Source: Kofleriaceae bacterium (GTDB lineage Bacteria > Myxococcota_A > Polyangia > Haliangiales > Haliangiaceae). From it: a DNA stretch of 64,000 bases. A program made the translations under genes and the position numbers. Shown here piece after piece: positions 55,367 through 64,000 of this stretch (the stretch's first letter is position 1; every line of letters begins with the position of its first letter). The DNA is taken from contig JAYVLQ010000093.1 of assembly GCA_043759355.1 (NCBI GenBank), positions 20,989 to 84,988 on the forward strand, read 5' to 3'. The notes under the pieces were generated by a model. That model did no database searches. It was not told where the DNA came from and worked only from the letters and a program-made list of their open reading frames with translations.

Positions 55367-56692
55367 CTAGGCGCTGAATGCCTCGCGCGTCAAATTACGA
55401 ACTCCGCCCGTGCGGACCAGGATGTTGTCCTCGATCCGGATGCCTCCGAACGGGCGCAATTCATCGACCGCCTTCCAGTCGACCAGCGCCCTCGTGTCGC
55501 CTTCGCGCAGCGGGCCGAGCAGGCCCTCGATAAAGTACAGGCCAGGTTCGATCGTGAACACCTGACCGGCCTCGATCGTGGACGTATTCCGTAGGAACTT
55601 GTTTTCGGGCCGTGGAGGGCGCTGCTTCATGCCCACGTCGTGGACCGTGACGCCAAGCGAGTGGCCGAGCCCGTGTGGCAGGAACGCGCGCGTGACCCCG
55701 CGTGTCGCCAGCTCGTCTACGCTGCCTTTGCAGATGCCGGTCTCGATCAATAGCTTCGCGAGCATGCGATGCGTTTTGTCGTGGAGATCTTCGTACGGGA
55801 TGCCCGGCTTGATCAGCGCCACGACCTGCTGCTGCATCTCGTCGAGCCGCCCGATCAACGCGCGGAACCGATTCGCGGCGGCACCCACACCGCGCGCGTA
55901 CGTGCGCGTGATATCGCTGCCGTAGCTCTGACACTTCGCACCCGCGTCGACCAGCATCGAGGTCGGCCCCGCGATCTTCACCTTCTGATACGCGACGTAG
56001 TGCAACACCGCGCAGTGCTCGCCGAGCGCCACGATGTTCTTGTACGGCGCGGCCGCATCATCTTGCTCCGAGGCGAGCAAGTACGTCAGGTGGAGCTCGA
56101 GCTCCGAGACATCACCTTCGAGGAAGCGCTTCTCGATCGCGCGATGCCCGATCACCGCGCGCCGTGTCGCCTCGGCGAGACACTCGATCTCGTACGCGGT
56201 CTTGACCGTGCGCAGCTGATCCAGCGCGCCGATCAGCGCAGTCGGGTTCACCTCACCCGGTGGCGCTTGTCCCGCATCGCGGGTGATCACCGCGACCTTG
56301 CCCCCCGGCAACACGTCGCCCGCGAGGCCCGGACCCACAGTCACCACGTCGAACGCATCCCAGAAGTGATCGCTCTCCGGTGGCACCGCGGTCTCCCAGA
56401 AATCATCGACGACGGTTCGCACGAGAGTCGGCTTTCGGCCCGGTCGCACGATCACGTAGGCATCCGGCTCGACGAGCGGACACCAGTGCGCGTAGGTCGG
56501 CGTCGGCGACAGCGGCCACATCTGATCGTCGAACCGGTTCTTCAGCTGCGCCGCGCCGGAGCACAGAACGAGCGCCTCGAACTCGTGCTTCGCCAACGCC
56601 GCCTCGGTCGCTTGCTGCAGATGCGCGATGTGCTCTGCGTACGTTTCGTAGCTCACCAAACCGAGACTACCCCCGAATAGGGACGGTAACAC
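55367..56692 (-). CDS. pepQ: Xaa-Pro dipeptidase
   Basis: M24B signature: VDAGAKCQSYGSDITRT, HGLGHSLGVTVHD, FTIEPGLYF, GIRIEDN. PepQ-like N-terminus. Confidence 0.85.
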   Translation of the reverse strand: MLPSLFGGSLGLVSYETYAEHIAHLQQATEAALAKHEFEALVLCSGAAQLKNRFDDQMWPLSPTPTYAHWCPLVEPDAYVIVRPGRKPTLVRTVVDDFWETAVPPESDHFWDAFDVVTVGPGLAGDVLPGGKVAVITRDAGQAPPGEVNPTALIGALDQLRTVKTAYEIECLAEATRRAVIGHRAIEKRFLEGDVSELELHLTYLLASEQDDAAAPYKNIVALGEHCAVLHYVAYQKVKIAGPTSMLVDAGAKCQSYGSDITRTYARGVGAAANRFRALIGRLDEMQQQVVALIKPGIPYEDLHDKTHRMLAKLLIETGICKGSVDELATRGVTRAFLPHGLGHSLGVTVHDVGMKQRPPRPENKFLRNTSTIEAGQVFTIEPGLYFIEGLLGPLREGDTRALVDWKAVDELRPFGGIRIEDNILVRTGGVRNLTREAFSA

Positions 56693-56831
56693 TCCGCTGA
56701 ATCAAACAGGCGCCGAGGGACGGTTACTCACATCGCGCGAATTCGCATCGCTCGAGCTCTCGAACCTCGACCGAGCAAGCTGCGCACCTCTTCACCATCG
56801 TGATCTCGATAGCTTGCCCATTCAGGCCGCC

Positions 56832-57707
56832 TCAACGAGTCGCGGCGAATACGCTGGCGGGCGTCCGCTCGACCGTGAACGTGCGCCCCTCGACGAGGTC
56901 ACCGACGAGCAAGCGCACTGCCGGCACCGCGAGAGGACCGCGCTTCACGGGCACGGAGAACCGGCGCACGATCGCGCGCACGGCTTCGGCATCGGCGGGC
57001 TTGAGCGACGCGACGGTCGCGTCGCCGTGGAACGCCGCGGCGGCTTCGAGGAGCTGCGTCTTCTTCGCCGCCGGCAGCGTGCCGTACGCGACGAGCACCG
57101 GACCCGAGATCGTGGGTAGGTCGAGCAGCTTCGAGGTGCCGCTCGGCAAGTCGCTGCCGCTCGGCACCACCGCGCCATCGGCCTTGCCGAGCCCGAGCGA
57201 CGCGAGCGCGGAGGCTGTATCGGGGGCGGACTCGAGCTTGGCGAAGAAGTCTTTGCCGACCTCGCCGCCGAACAAGACGTTCAACACGAAGTCGTTCTCG
57301 CGCCCGCCGATCGCCGGCACGAGCACGCGCTTACCTTTGAGATCCGCGATCTTCGCGGCGCCGCGACCGACGAGGATCCAGCCGTGGCTGCTCTCGCCGT
57401 TGCGCACCGCTGCGGCGAGAATCGTGTAGTTGCCGCCGGCAGCCGCGAGATAGGTCGCATCGACGACGGCGAGCGTGACCTCGCCCTTCTTTACCGCGCT
57501 CGCGAAATCACCCGCGCGCGCGTACACCTTGCCGGTGCCGGTGGCGCCGACGGCTTTGCCGAACTGCTCGCCGAGCTTGGTCGCGAGCTCGACGCGCGCC
57601 GCGGTCGAAGGGAACGGCGCGGTCGGTGCGAACAGGCCAACGGTGAGCGTGTCGGCCTGCGCCGTCGCCACACCGAGCACACACGTCAGGGTGAGCGCGA
57701 GCTTCAC
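56832..57707 (-). CDS. Periplasmic substrate-binding protein, PhnD-like fold (function uncertain)
   Basis: GTG 57705-57707 is preceded by GGAGG and overlaps the upstream stop (GTGA). Signal VKLALTLTCVLGVATAQA. ...FASAVKKGEVTLAVV... KGKRVLVPAIGG. Confidence 0.7.
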   Translation of the reverse strand: MKLALTLTCVLGVATAQADTLTVGLFAPTAPFPSTAARVELATKLGEQFGKAVGATGTGKVYARAGDFASAVKKGEVTLAVVDATYLAAAGGNYTILAAAVRNGESSHGWILVGRGAAKIADLKGKRVLVPAIGGRENDFVLNVLFGGEVGKDFFAKLESAPDTASALASLGLGKADGAVVPSGSDLPSGTSKLLDLPTISGPVLVAYGTLPAAKKTQLLEAAAAFHGDATVASLKPADAEAVRAIVRRFSVPVKRGPLAVPAVRLLVGDLVEGRTFTVERTPASVFAATR

Positions 57708-60112
57708 GGCGCACCTCCGTAGATGCGTTCCTTCGCATCGATCCACTCGGGCAAGGGCGCGAACCGGACCCCGGCTTTCTTGGCGCGACGCCAAGCCTCG
57801 AGCGCCTTCGGTTGATCGCCTTTGCGCTCGTACGCGATACCGAGGTTGACGAGCGCCTCGGGCACCCTACCGGCGAGCCGATCGAGTTGCTGGATCGCTG
57901 CATCGAGCTTGCCATCGGCGAGATCGAGCACCGCCAGGGTATGCGCAACTTCATCGGTCCCGACGCGCGCATTCGCGGCCTTCGCACTCGCGAGGTAGCG
58001 CCGGGCACCCGCGATGTCACCGTCGTGGTACGCATCGGAGGCGGCGTTGAGCGCGACGACGCGGATCGCTGTACCGAGCAGGGCGGCCGCAGGACCACTC
58101 GATTTGCCACCGAGCGCGGTCAGCCGATCGAGCGCCTTCGCGGCGCGCTTCGGATTCAAGCCTTCGGTGAACGCGACGAGGATCGGCGCGGCCTGGGTAT
58201 CGGCAGGCGGCGGGAACGGGCATGTCGCGCCACTCACCGCTTTGAGGGCCGCGACCGCCGCGGTCGTGTCGCCAGATGCGACCGCGGCGACCGCGAGGTC
58301 GCAGCGATTCGCGAGCGAGTTGTCGCTGGCAGACACGGCGCGCATGAGCTCGAGTGCCTTTGCGCCGTTGCCGGCTCGCAGCATCGCGAGGGCTGCCGCA
58401 TGCCGCGCGATCGCGAGCGCTTGCTTGTGACGTTGCGCGAGCGGACCGGACTTCGCTTGCGGTGCGGTGCGCTCGAGCGCGGTCACCGCGATCGCCGGAT
58501 CCCCATTCGCCACTTCGGAGGCAGCCCAGTCGAGCGAGATCTCGACGGCGTTGTCTTTCTCGCCCGAGAGCGCGCGATCGTAGAGCGCACGGGAACCGGC
58601 GACATCGTTCGTGAGTGCGTGGGCGCGTGCATCGAGCATCGCGACGATCGGCGATGCATCGGCCTTCGCAGCGCGATCGAGCACGCCGAGCGCCTCCGCG
58701 GGCTTGTCGAGCGCGAGCCGGGCGACACCGAGGTTGCGCCACACGAGCGGGTTGGTCTCGTCGAGTTGATACGCGCGCGCGAGCATCGGCTCGGCGGTCG
58801 CCGCATCATTCGCCGAGAGCTTCGCGACCGCGGTCGCGACGAGCGCATCGACGAGCAGCTTCTTGCCGCGCGTCGAGGACTGGATCTGTTCGGCCTCCTC
58901 GAGCGACTTGATCGCAGGCTCGCTCTGGCTCGTCGCGAGCTGGGCGGCACCGAAGACGACCCGGACCGGCGCGCTTTTCGGCAGCTCGGAAACGACCGAG
59001 GCAAGCTTCGCGACCGCACCCGCGGCGTCGCCTTTCGCGAGCAATGCTTCACCTTCTTCGACGTACCAATCGGGATCCGAGGCGGGCTCGGTCGGCGCAC
59101 CGATCTTGTCGAGGGCCGCAAGTGCCTCGGCAGGATGGTTGCCGCGACGCAGGACCAGCGCGAGCCGCACGGTGAACCGGCGCTTCCCGGGCTCGAGCTC
59201 GTGCGCGGTCTCGAGCTCGCGCGTTGCCTCGGCCAGGTTGCCGCGTGCGGCCTGGGCTTCACCGACGAGTGCGTGGCCAGCGGCGCTCGCCTTGGGTACC
59301 TTATCGAGATAGCGACGGCCGAGCGAGAGCGCGCCGTTGACATCGCCGAGGGCGAGCGCGCACTGGCCATCGACGAGCCAGATCTCCGGATGTGCCTCCG
59401 CGATCGGCTCGAGCTCGCGCAGGTTTTTCCGCGCTAGCTTGCAATCGGTCGCCGCAGTCGCCCATGCCGCACCGAGCTTCGCGCGCAACAACGTGCCGCT
59501 CGCCCTCGGCGGTGTGTGCTGCACGGCTTGATCGAACAACGCGAGCGCTTGCTTGGGCTGATGCGAGCGGAGATACGCATCGCCGAGATCGACTTGGTGG
59601 CGCGCGTCTTCTTTCGCGAGCGCCTCCGGGCGATGAGTGAAGTAGGCCTCGAGCGCGGTGATCGCATCGGGCCACTTTGCGGTGTCGCGCCAGTGGTTGC
59701 CGAGCAGGAGCTGCGCGTCGTAACGCGCCGGTTCCTTCGCGACGACCTGCTGGAGCAGCGGTACGCCATCAGCTGGATCGCCGGAGAGCACGAGCTGCGA
59801 GCCGAGCGCGGTTAGCACATCCGGATCCGTGGGCGCGAGTGCCTGCGCGCGCTTCATCAGCGCGACGCCCTCCTGATACTGCTTCTTGGCCGCGTAGACC
59901 GCCGAGCGCAACACGTATGCTTCGACGCGCCGCGGGTTGAGCGAGAGGGCCTGGTCGAGTGCCTTCGCCGCGTTCTCGAGCTCGCCCTGCTTGAGCGCCG
60001 CGCGACCTTCCTCGACGAACGCGGTGCTTTCATCTTCGGCCTGGTTCGGGCGCTGCGCATACGCAGCTGTGGAGGCAAATAGCGCGAGGAGCGCGAGGAG
60101 CGCGAGCTTCAC
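57704..60112 (-). CDS. Secreted TPR-repeat protein (about 800 aa)
   Basis: GTG 60110-60112 overlaps the upstream stop (GTGA). Signal VKLALLALLALFASTAAYA, then repeated A-x-x-A/Y/L TPR-like helices throughout. Confidence 0.8.
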   Translation of the reverse strand: MKLALLALLALFASTAAYAQRPNQAEDESTAFVEEGRAALKQGELENAAKALDQALSLNPRRVEAYVLRSAVYAAKKQYQEGVALMKRAQALAPTDPDVLTALGSQLVLSGDPADGVPLLQQVVAKEPARYDAQLLLGNHWRDTAKWPDAITALEAYFTHRPEALAKEDARHQVDLGDAYLRSHQPKQALALFDQAVQHTPPRASGTLLRAKLGAAWATAATDCKLARKNLRELEPIAEAHPEIWLVDGQCALALGDVNGALSLGRRYLDKVPKASAAGHALVGEAQAARGNLAEATRELETAHELEPGKRRFTVRLALVLRRGNHPAEALAALDKIGAPTEPASDPDWYVEEGEALLAKGDAAGAVAKLASVVSELPKSAPVRVVFGAAQLATSQSEPAIKSLEEAEQIQSSTRGKKLLVDALVATAVAKLSANDAATAEPMLARAYQLDETNPLVWRNLGVARLALDKPAEALGVLDRAAKADASPIVAMLDARAHALTNDVAGSRALYDRALSGEKDNAVEISLDWAASEVANGDPAIAVTALERTAPQAKSGPLAQRHKQALAIARHAAALAMLRAGNGAKALELMRAVSASDNSLANRCDLAVAAVASGDTTAAVAALKAVSGATCPFPPPADTQAAPILVAFTEGLNPKRAAKALDRLTALGGKSSGPAAALLGTAIRVVALNAASDAYHDGDIAGARRYLASAKAANARVGTDEVAHTLAVLDLADGKLDAAIQQLDRLAGRVPEALVNLGIAYERKGDQPKALEAWRRAKKAGVRFAPLPEWIDAKERIYGGAP

Positions 60113-61737
60113 GCCGCGCCCCGACCTGATTGGCGTTGCACGGGCGGATCGTACTGACACAGCACGAACGTCACGTCGTCCTCGGCAAGCTGACCTTCGG
60201 CATGAACCTCGAGCGCCGCGAGCACGCGGTCGCGGAGCAACACGAGCGCGTTGCCATCGGGAATCGGCTGACCGGTGAGTGCGCTGCGCAGCCGGCGATC
60301 GCCAAACAGCTTGCCGGCCCGGTTCGCGCGCTCGACGACACCGTCGGTGAAGCACACGAAGAGATCGCCCGGCCGCAGTTGCAGCGTGCCCTTGCGAATC
60401 TCGACCTGGATGTTGCGATCGCCGAGCGGGTTGCCACTCGCAGCGATGATGCTCGCCTCTTCGAGGACGCGAGTCTGGCCGAGCTTGATCACGTACGGAA
60501 AGTTCTGGCCGGCGTTCGCATAATGCAGCATGGCCTGCTGCGAATCGAACACCGCGGCGAACGCGGTCATCAGCACGTTGTGCTCGCCGACCATCGCGAT
60601 CGCTTGATCGATCGCGCGCAGCACCTGATCTGGCGTGAGCAGGCGTTCGTCGACCGCCGCGAGCGCTTCGACGGCACCGCGCGCGGTCGCCGCGATCATC
60701 GCCGAGTGGATGCCGTGGCCGGTGGCATCGCCGAGCACGAGCAGCATGCAACCGTTCGAAAGCTTGCGATACATCCACCAGTCGCCACCGCACTGCGAGG
60801 CCGGCTGGCAGTAGCCGACGACCTTCAAGTAGCCGTGCTGATCGAGATTGGTCGGCGGCAGCATCGCTTGTTGGACCTGGCGCGCGAGCTCCATCTCCTT
60901 TTCGAGCGACGCCTTTTGCGCGTTCTGCGCGAGCAGCTGGACCATCGCGTCGCTCATGAAGTTGAAGGTGCGCGCGAGCACGCCGAGCTCGTCGCTGCGA
61001 TCCTCGGGCACGCGCATCTGGAAATCGCCTTTCGCGATCCGATTCGCCTGACCGGTCAGCACGCGGATCGGCCGGGCGATCGAGACACTTTGAAGTCCCG
61101 CCGCTATCACACCGATGCCGAGCACGACGAGCGCGATCACGAGCAGCTTCTGGCGCGAGGCCTGGGCCGCCGCATCTGCCTCGGTCAACGATTTCGCGAG
61201 CTCGGACTCGAGTCCGGCACTCGTGACACCGATCCGGATCTTGCCAATCATGTTGCCACCGATCTTGATCGGTGCTGCGTAGATCCAATCCGAGCCTGTG
61301 CCGACTCGTGCGTGGGCGACGTCGCCTGGTGGGAGAGACTTGACGAGGTCGGCGAGCTTGCCGTCTTCGGGGGCGCCGGGGGTGGCGCCGATGACCAAGC
61401 CACTCGCCTCGGCGATGCTGATCCACTGGAGTTGATTGATGCCCGCTTTGTCCTCGGCGATCGCGGCCTGGAGGACGTTCGGAATATCGGAGTACTGGGT
61501 GTTCGCGATCGCCTGCGCCGAGGCGTTGCCGATGCTCTCCGCGACGAGCTCAGCCTGGCGCGAGATCGCGATCTCGCCAGCGGTCCGCCGCTGCTTGATC
61601 TGATCGGCCGTGAGCTCCTGAATCGATCGCTGGCTGAACCACGTCGCCGCGGCCACCGCGAGCGCGACCACGAACGAGGTCGTGAAGATGAGCTTGGCAG
61701 AGATTGGAATCCCGGCCCGCTTTGACATGCCTTCCAC
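60109..61737 (-). CDS. Membrane sensor phosphatase: periplasmic domain, HAMP, PP2C/SpoIIE
   Basis: Two TM segments. HAMP: IARPIRVLTGQANRIAKGDF...DELGVLARTFNFM. SpoIIE: GGDWWMY, VLGDATGHG, FTDGVVE. The start may be the Met at 61728. Confidence 0.85.
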   Translation of the reverse strand: MEGMSKRAGIPISAKLIFTTSFVVALAVAAATWFSQRSIQELTADQIKQRRTAGEIAISRQAELVAESIGNASAQAIANTQYSDIPNVLQAAIAEDKAGINQLQWISIAEASGLVIGATPGAPEDGKLADLVKSLPPGDVAHARVGTGSDWIYAAPIKIGGNMIGKIRIGVTSAGLESELAKSLTEADAAAQASRQKLLVIALVVLGIGVIAAGLQSVSIARPIRVLTGQANRIAKGDFQMRVPEDRSDELGVLARTFNFMSDAMVQLLAQNAQKASLEKEMELARQVQQAMLPPTNLDQHGYLKVVGYCQPASQCGGDWWMYRKLSNGCMLLVLGDATGHGIHSAMIAATARGAVEALAAVDERLLTPDQVLRAIDQAIAMVGEHNVLMTAFAAVFDSQQAMLHYANAGQNFPYVIKLGQTRVLEEASIIAASGNPLGDRNIQVEIRKGTLQLRPGDLFVCFTDGVVERANRAGKLFGDRRLRSALTGQPIPDGNALVLLRDRVLAALEVHAEGQLAEDDVTFVLCQYDPPVQRQSGRGAA

Positions 61738-61788
61738 TCGTCCCCGAGGATATGACCGCTGCCCTACCGTGACAATGGCGGGAGCCGG

Positions 61789-62370
61789 TTACGGTTTGGT
61801 TAGACGCCCGGTGCGGTTCGCGCGCTCGACGGCGACTTCGAACAGACGATCCAACGGTCCGCTGGTGGTCTCGCCCTCGAGGATCCGCAGGGCAGCCGCG
61901 ATCGCCTCGATCGTCGAAACCTGGCCGGGACCGGGCGAGCTCCGCAACCGCTGCGCCGCCATCGGCAGCCCGTCGGGGAGCCGCAACACCGGCAGGCCGC
62001 GGACGACCGCGAGCTTTTGATACATTTTGCGCGCCTTCGACCACGACCCGTCGAGCACGACGAGCTTCTCGGGCAACACCGCCGGTGCCTCGGTCGTGGG
62101 CTCGCCGATGGGATAGAGCACCCACGCCCTCGAAAGGTCCGGGAGCGAGGCCGGGCCCGAGATATGGCCGTAATCGATGATCTCGCTATTCGGCAACGCC
62201 TGGTGCGCGAGCCGTGCCGTGTTCGACGAGCGGTTCTGCTCCGAGTAGTGCCGGATGATGACCACGCGCGTGCGGGTCAGCACGGTTGGAATTTCGGCGC
62301 ACAAGCACACGCGCTGCGGCAACAGGCAGCGCGCGCACTTCAGCTCACTTGCAGCAACGGAACCCGACAT
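61789..62370 (-). CDS. DTW-domain protein (tRNA-uridine aminocarboxypropyltransferase family)
   Basis: N-terminal Cys motif CARCLLPQRVCLC. VVLDGSWSKARKM (DTW-type DGSW). ...STIEAIAAAL. Confidence 0.8.
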   Translation of the reverse strand: MSGSVAASELKCARCLLPQRVCLCAEIPTVLTRTRVVIIRHYSEQNRSSNTARLAHQALPNSEIIDYGHISGPASLPDLSRAWVLYPIGEPTTEAPAVLPEKLVVLDGSWSKARKMYQKLAVVRGLPVLRLPDGLPMAAQRLRSSPGPGQVSTIEAIAAALRILEGETTSGPLDRLFEVAVERANRTGRLTKP

Positions 62371-62703
62371 CCGGGAACAAGAACGTGTCGTTTGCGGGCG
62401 TGAAGTTCAAGGTGCAACTCGTTCCAACATCCGTATTGTTCGAGGCGCCACCACGAATCGGATTCTGACCGGCTTGTTGCGCGAGGGTCCACCCCTTGAC
62501 GTTGCTCGACATGTCGAACGCTTTGTCGGTGCTCGGTAGCGCCGCGTAGCGAGCCTTCGGCAACGTCGAATCGCTGTTCGCATCGTAGTCGTGGCCGTTG
62601 CAGGTGGTCGCCTGATACTTGCTCGCGTTCGTCGCGTACGCAAATGCGACATGTCGATCGGCGTGCCGGTGCCGTCGAACGCGGTGTTCTTCGCACCGGA
62701 CAC
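62345..62703 (-). pseudogene. Frameshifted relic of an FGE-sulfatase (SUMF1-like) domain C-terminus
   Basis: One frame reads ...AFAYATNASKYQATTCNGHDYDANSDSTLPKARYAALPSTDKAFDMSSNVKGWTLAQ...IRGGASNN...DVGFRCCK-stop. The only upstream start (GTG 62703, VSGAKNTAFDGTGTPIDMS) is in another frame, and the frames meet near 62640-62650. The 3' end overlaps the DTW gene start by 26 nt. Confidence 0.45.
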
Positions 62704-62707
62704 GCCG

Positions 62708-63964
62708 CTACCTGGCGAGCAGCGATCGGCCGACGACCTTGAGCGCGAGGATCGGTTTCACACCTTCAAAGATCGGGAGCACCTGGGCATCGGCCACGTA
62801 GCGGCTGATCGGGTACTCCTCGGCGTAGCCCCACCCACCGTGTAGGAGCTGACCGAGCTGCGTGACCTCGACGGCGACGTCGCACGAAAACAGCTTTGCC
62901 ATCGCGGCGATAGGCGCGGCGCCGCGCTCGTCGGCGTCCATCTCACGTGCCGCGGTATAGGTGATCGCCCGGGCCGCGATCAGCCGCGCCGCCATTCGCC
63001 CGAGGTGATAACGCGTCAGGCCGTACTCGCCGATGGACTTGCCGAACTGTTTGCGCTCGGCGACGTAGCGCGAGGTTTGCTCGAGCGCAGCCGCGGTCAG
63101 ACCGCAGGCCCGACCACCGGTCTGGAGCCGGCCGGCGGCAAAGCCCGCCATCTGGAGACCAAAGCCACGGCCGAGGCCGGCGTCACCACCGACCAGGTTG
63201 GACTCCGGAACGAACCAGCGATCGAACGAGAGCCCGAACGAATGCATGCCGCGATAGCCCGGCGTGCGATCAGCTTTACCTTCCAGCGTGCCGCCGGCCG
63301 GCTGCTTCGCCGCGAACGCGTGACCATCGAAGCGCGGCTTCTCAACGATGAACAGCGTGAGCCCCTTTGCACCATCACTCGTGCGTGCGAGCAGCGCGAT
63401 CACATCGGCGCGACCCGCGAACGTGCACCACGCCTTCGCACCCGTGATCTCCCAACCGCCTTGAACCCTCGTCGCGCGACACGAGACCGCAGCGACATCC
63501 GAGCCGGTGTTCGGTTCGGTCACCGAGATCGCGGCCATGATCTCGCCCGAGGCGAGCTTGGGTAGCCACTGCTGCTTCTGTGCTTCGGTGCCGCCCGCGA
63601 TCAGCGCCTTCGCGAGAATCTCGGGGCGCGTGATCAACGAGCCGGCGGCCGCGAGCGAGGCCCGCGATAGTTCCTCGGTCGTGAGGATCATCGCGAGGTT
63701 GCCGAGCTCGTAACCGCCGTACGTCTCCGGGATCGAAAGGCCGAAGTAGCCGAGCTTGGCCATCTCGGTGATGAAGCGCTCGGGCACGAGCTCGTCATGG
63801 TGGTGGATGCGCTCCGCGTGAGGTGCGATCTCGCGCTCCGCGAAAGCGCGCACGTTCGAGCGCACTTCGTTGAGCGTTTCGTCGAGCGGCCAGGCGAACC
63901 GACCGGCGTTGGTGATCGCGAGCTGGCCCAACGCCTCGACGGTTTCGGGCTTCGTCGTATTCAC
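62708..63964 (-). CDS. Acyl-CoA dehydrogenase (possibly longer, see evidence)
   Basis: AISVTEPNTGSDVAAV, GAKAWCTFAG, LHGGWGYAEEYPISRYVADAQVLPIFEG. The tracked start is GTG 63964, but the frame stays open to the window edge (…EPRYDDATRDAIV-NTTK), so the true start may lie beyond 64000. Confidence 0.85.
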   Translation of the reverse strand: MNTTKPETVEALGQLAITNAGRFAWPLDETLNEVRSNVRAFAEREIAPHAERIHHHDELVPERFITEMAKLGYFGLSIPETYGGYELGNLAMILTTEELSRASLAAAGSLITRPEILAKALIAGGTEAQKQQWLPKLASGEIMAAISVTEPNTGSDVAAVSCRATRVQGGWEITGAKAWCTFAGRADVIALLARTSDGAKGLTLFIVEKPRFDGHAFAAKQPAGGTLEGKADRTPGYRGMHSFGLSFDRWFVPESNLVGGDAGLGRGFGLQMAGFAAGRLQTGGRACGLTAAALEQTSRYVAERKQFGKSIGEYGLTRYHLGRMAARLIAARAITYTAAREMDADERGAAPIAAMAKLFSCDVAVEVTQLGQLLHGGWGYAEEYPISRYVADAQVLPIFEGVKPILALKVVGRSLLAR

Positions 63965-64000
63965 GATCGCGTCGCGCGTCGCGTCGTCGTAGCGCGGCTC

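Noticed and set aside
1-64000. Search for CRISPR arrays, IS elements, integrases, prophage or classical defence genes
   Set aside because: I saw no regularly spaced direct repeats, no transposase, integrase or recombinase-like translations, and no terminal inverted repeats. The tRNA-Arg is not flanked by an integrase.

Overview
High-GC bacterial chromosomal segment, almost certainly Myxococcota. Support: four proteins end in a MYXO-CTERM-type tail (Gly/Cys motif, hydrophobic helix, Arg cluster), there are three eukaryotic-like Ser/Thr kinases plus one pseudokinase, and predicted lipoproteins are abundant. I call about 55 protein genes, one tRNA-Arg(TCT) and a few regulatory sites. I saw no rRNA, CRISPR array, transposase or integrase. 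Many tracked ORFs are antisense or run-on artefacts typical of high-GC DNA, so I trimmed several to internal starts using protein sense and 4-nt start/stop overlaps (ATGA, GTGA, TTGA).

Housekeeping content:
- methylcrotonyl-CoA-carboxylase-type beta/alpha pair
- two acyl-CoA dehydrogenases
- msrB, ATP-dependent DNA ligase, MATE and MFS transporters
- an EF-G paralog, pepQ, a triple-FKBP lipoprotein and a DTW-domain protein

Most interesting loci:
1. 38.1-48.2 kb: a PHA locus. phaR sits divergent from a tightly coupled six-gene operon: lipoprotein, lipoprotein-hydrolase/beta-barrel fusion, paralogous lipoprotein, mini PhaE-like protein, acyl-CoA synthetase, class III phaC. No phaA/phaB is present. 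TGC-N3-GCA palindromes recur in front of the operon/phaR, an MFS gene and a phasin gene.
2. 25.4-30.3 kb: three tandem MYXO-CTERM paralogs with a metzincin-like motif whose first His is Gln in all copies.
3. 10.3-13.3 kb: a methyltransferase with PqqD-like N-terminal modules, followed by a small exported Gly-Gly protein, a lipoprotein C39-like peptidase and another lipoprotein.
4. A pseudokinase-receiver fusion, a SpoIIE-TPR-binding-protein operon, a frameshifted FGE-domain relic and a T-arm-like hairpin next to the tRNA.

All functional calls come from reading the translations by eye. No database search was run.
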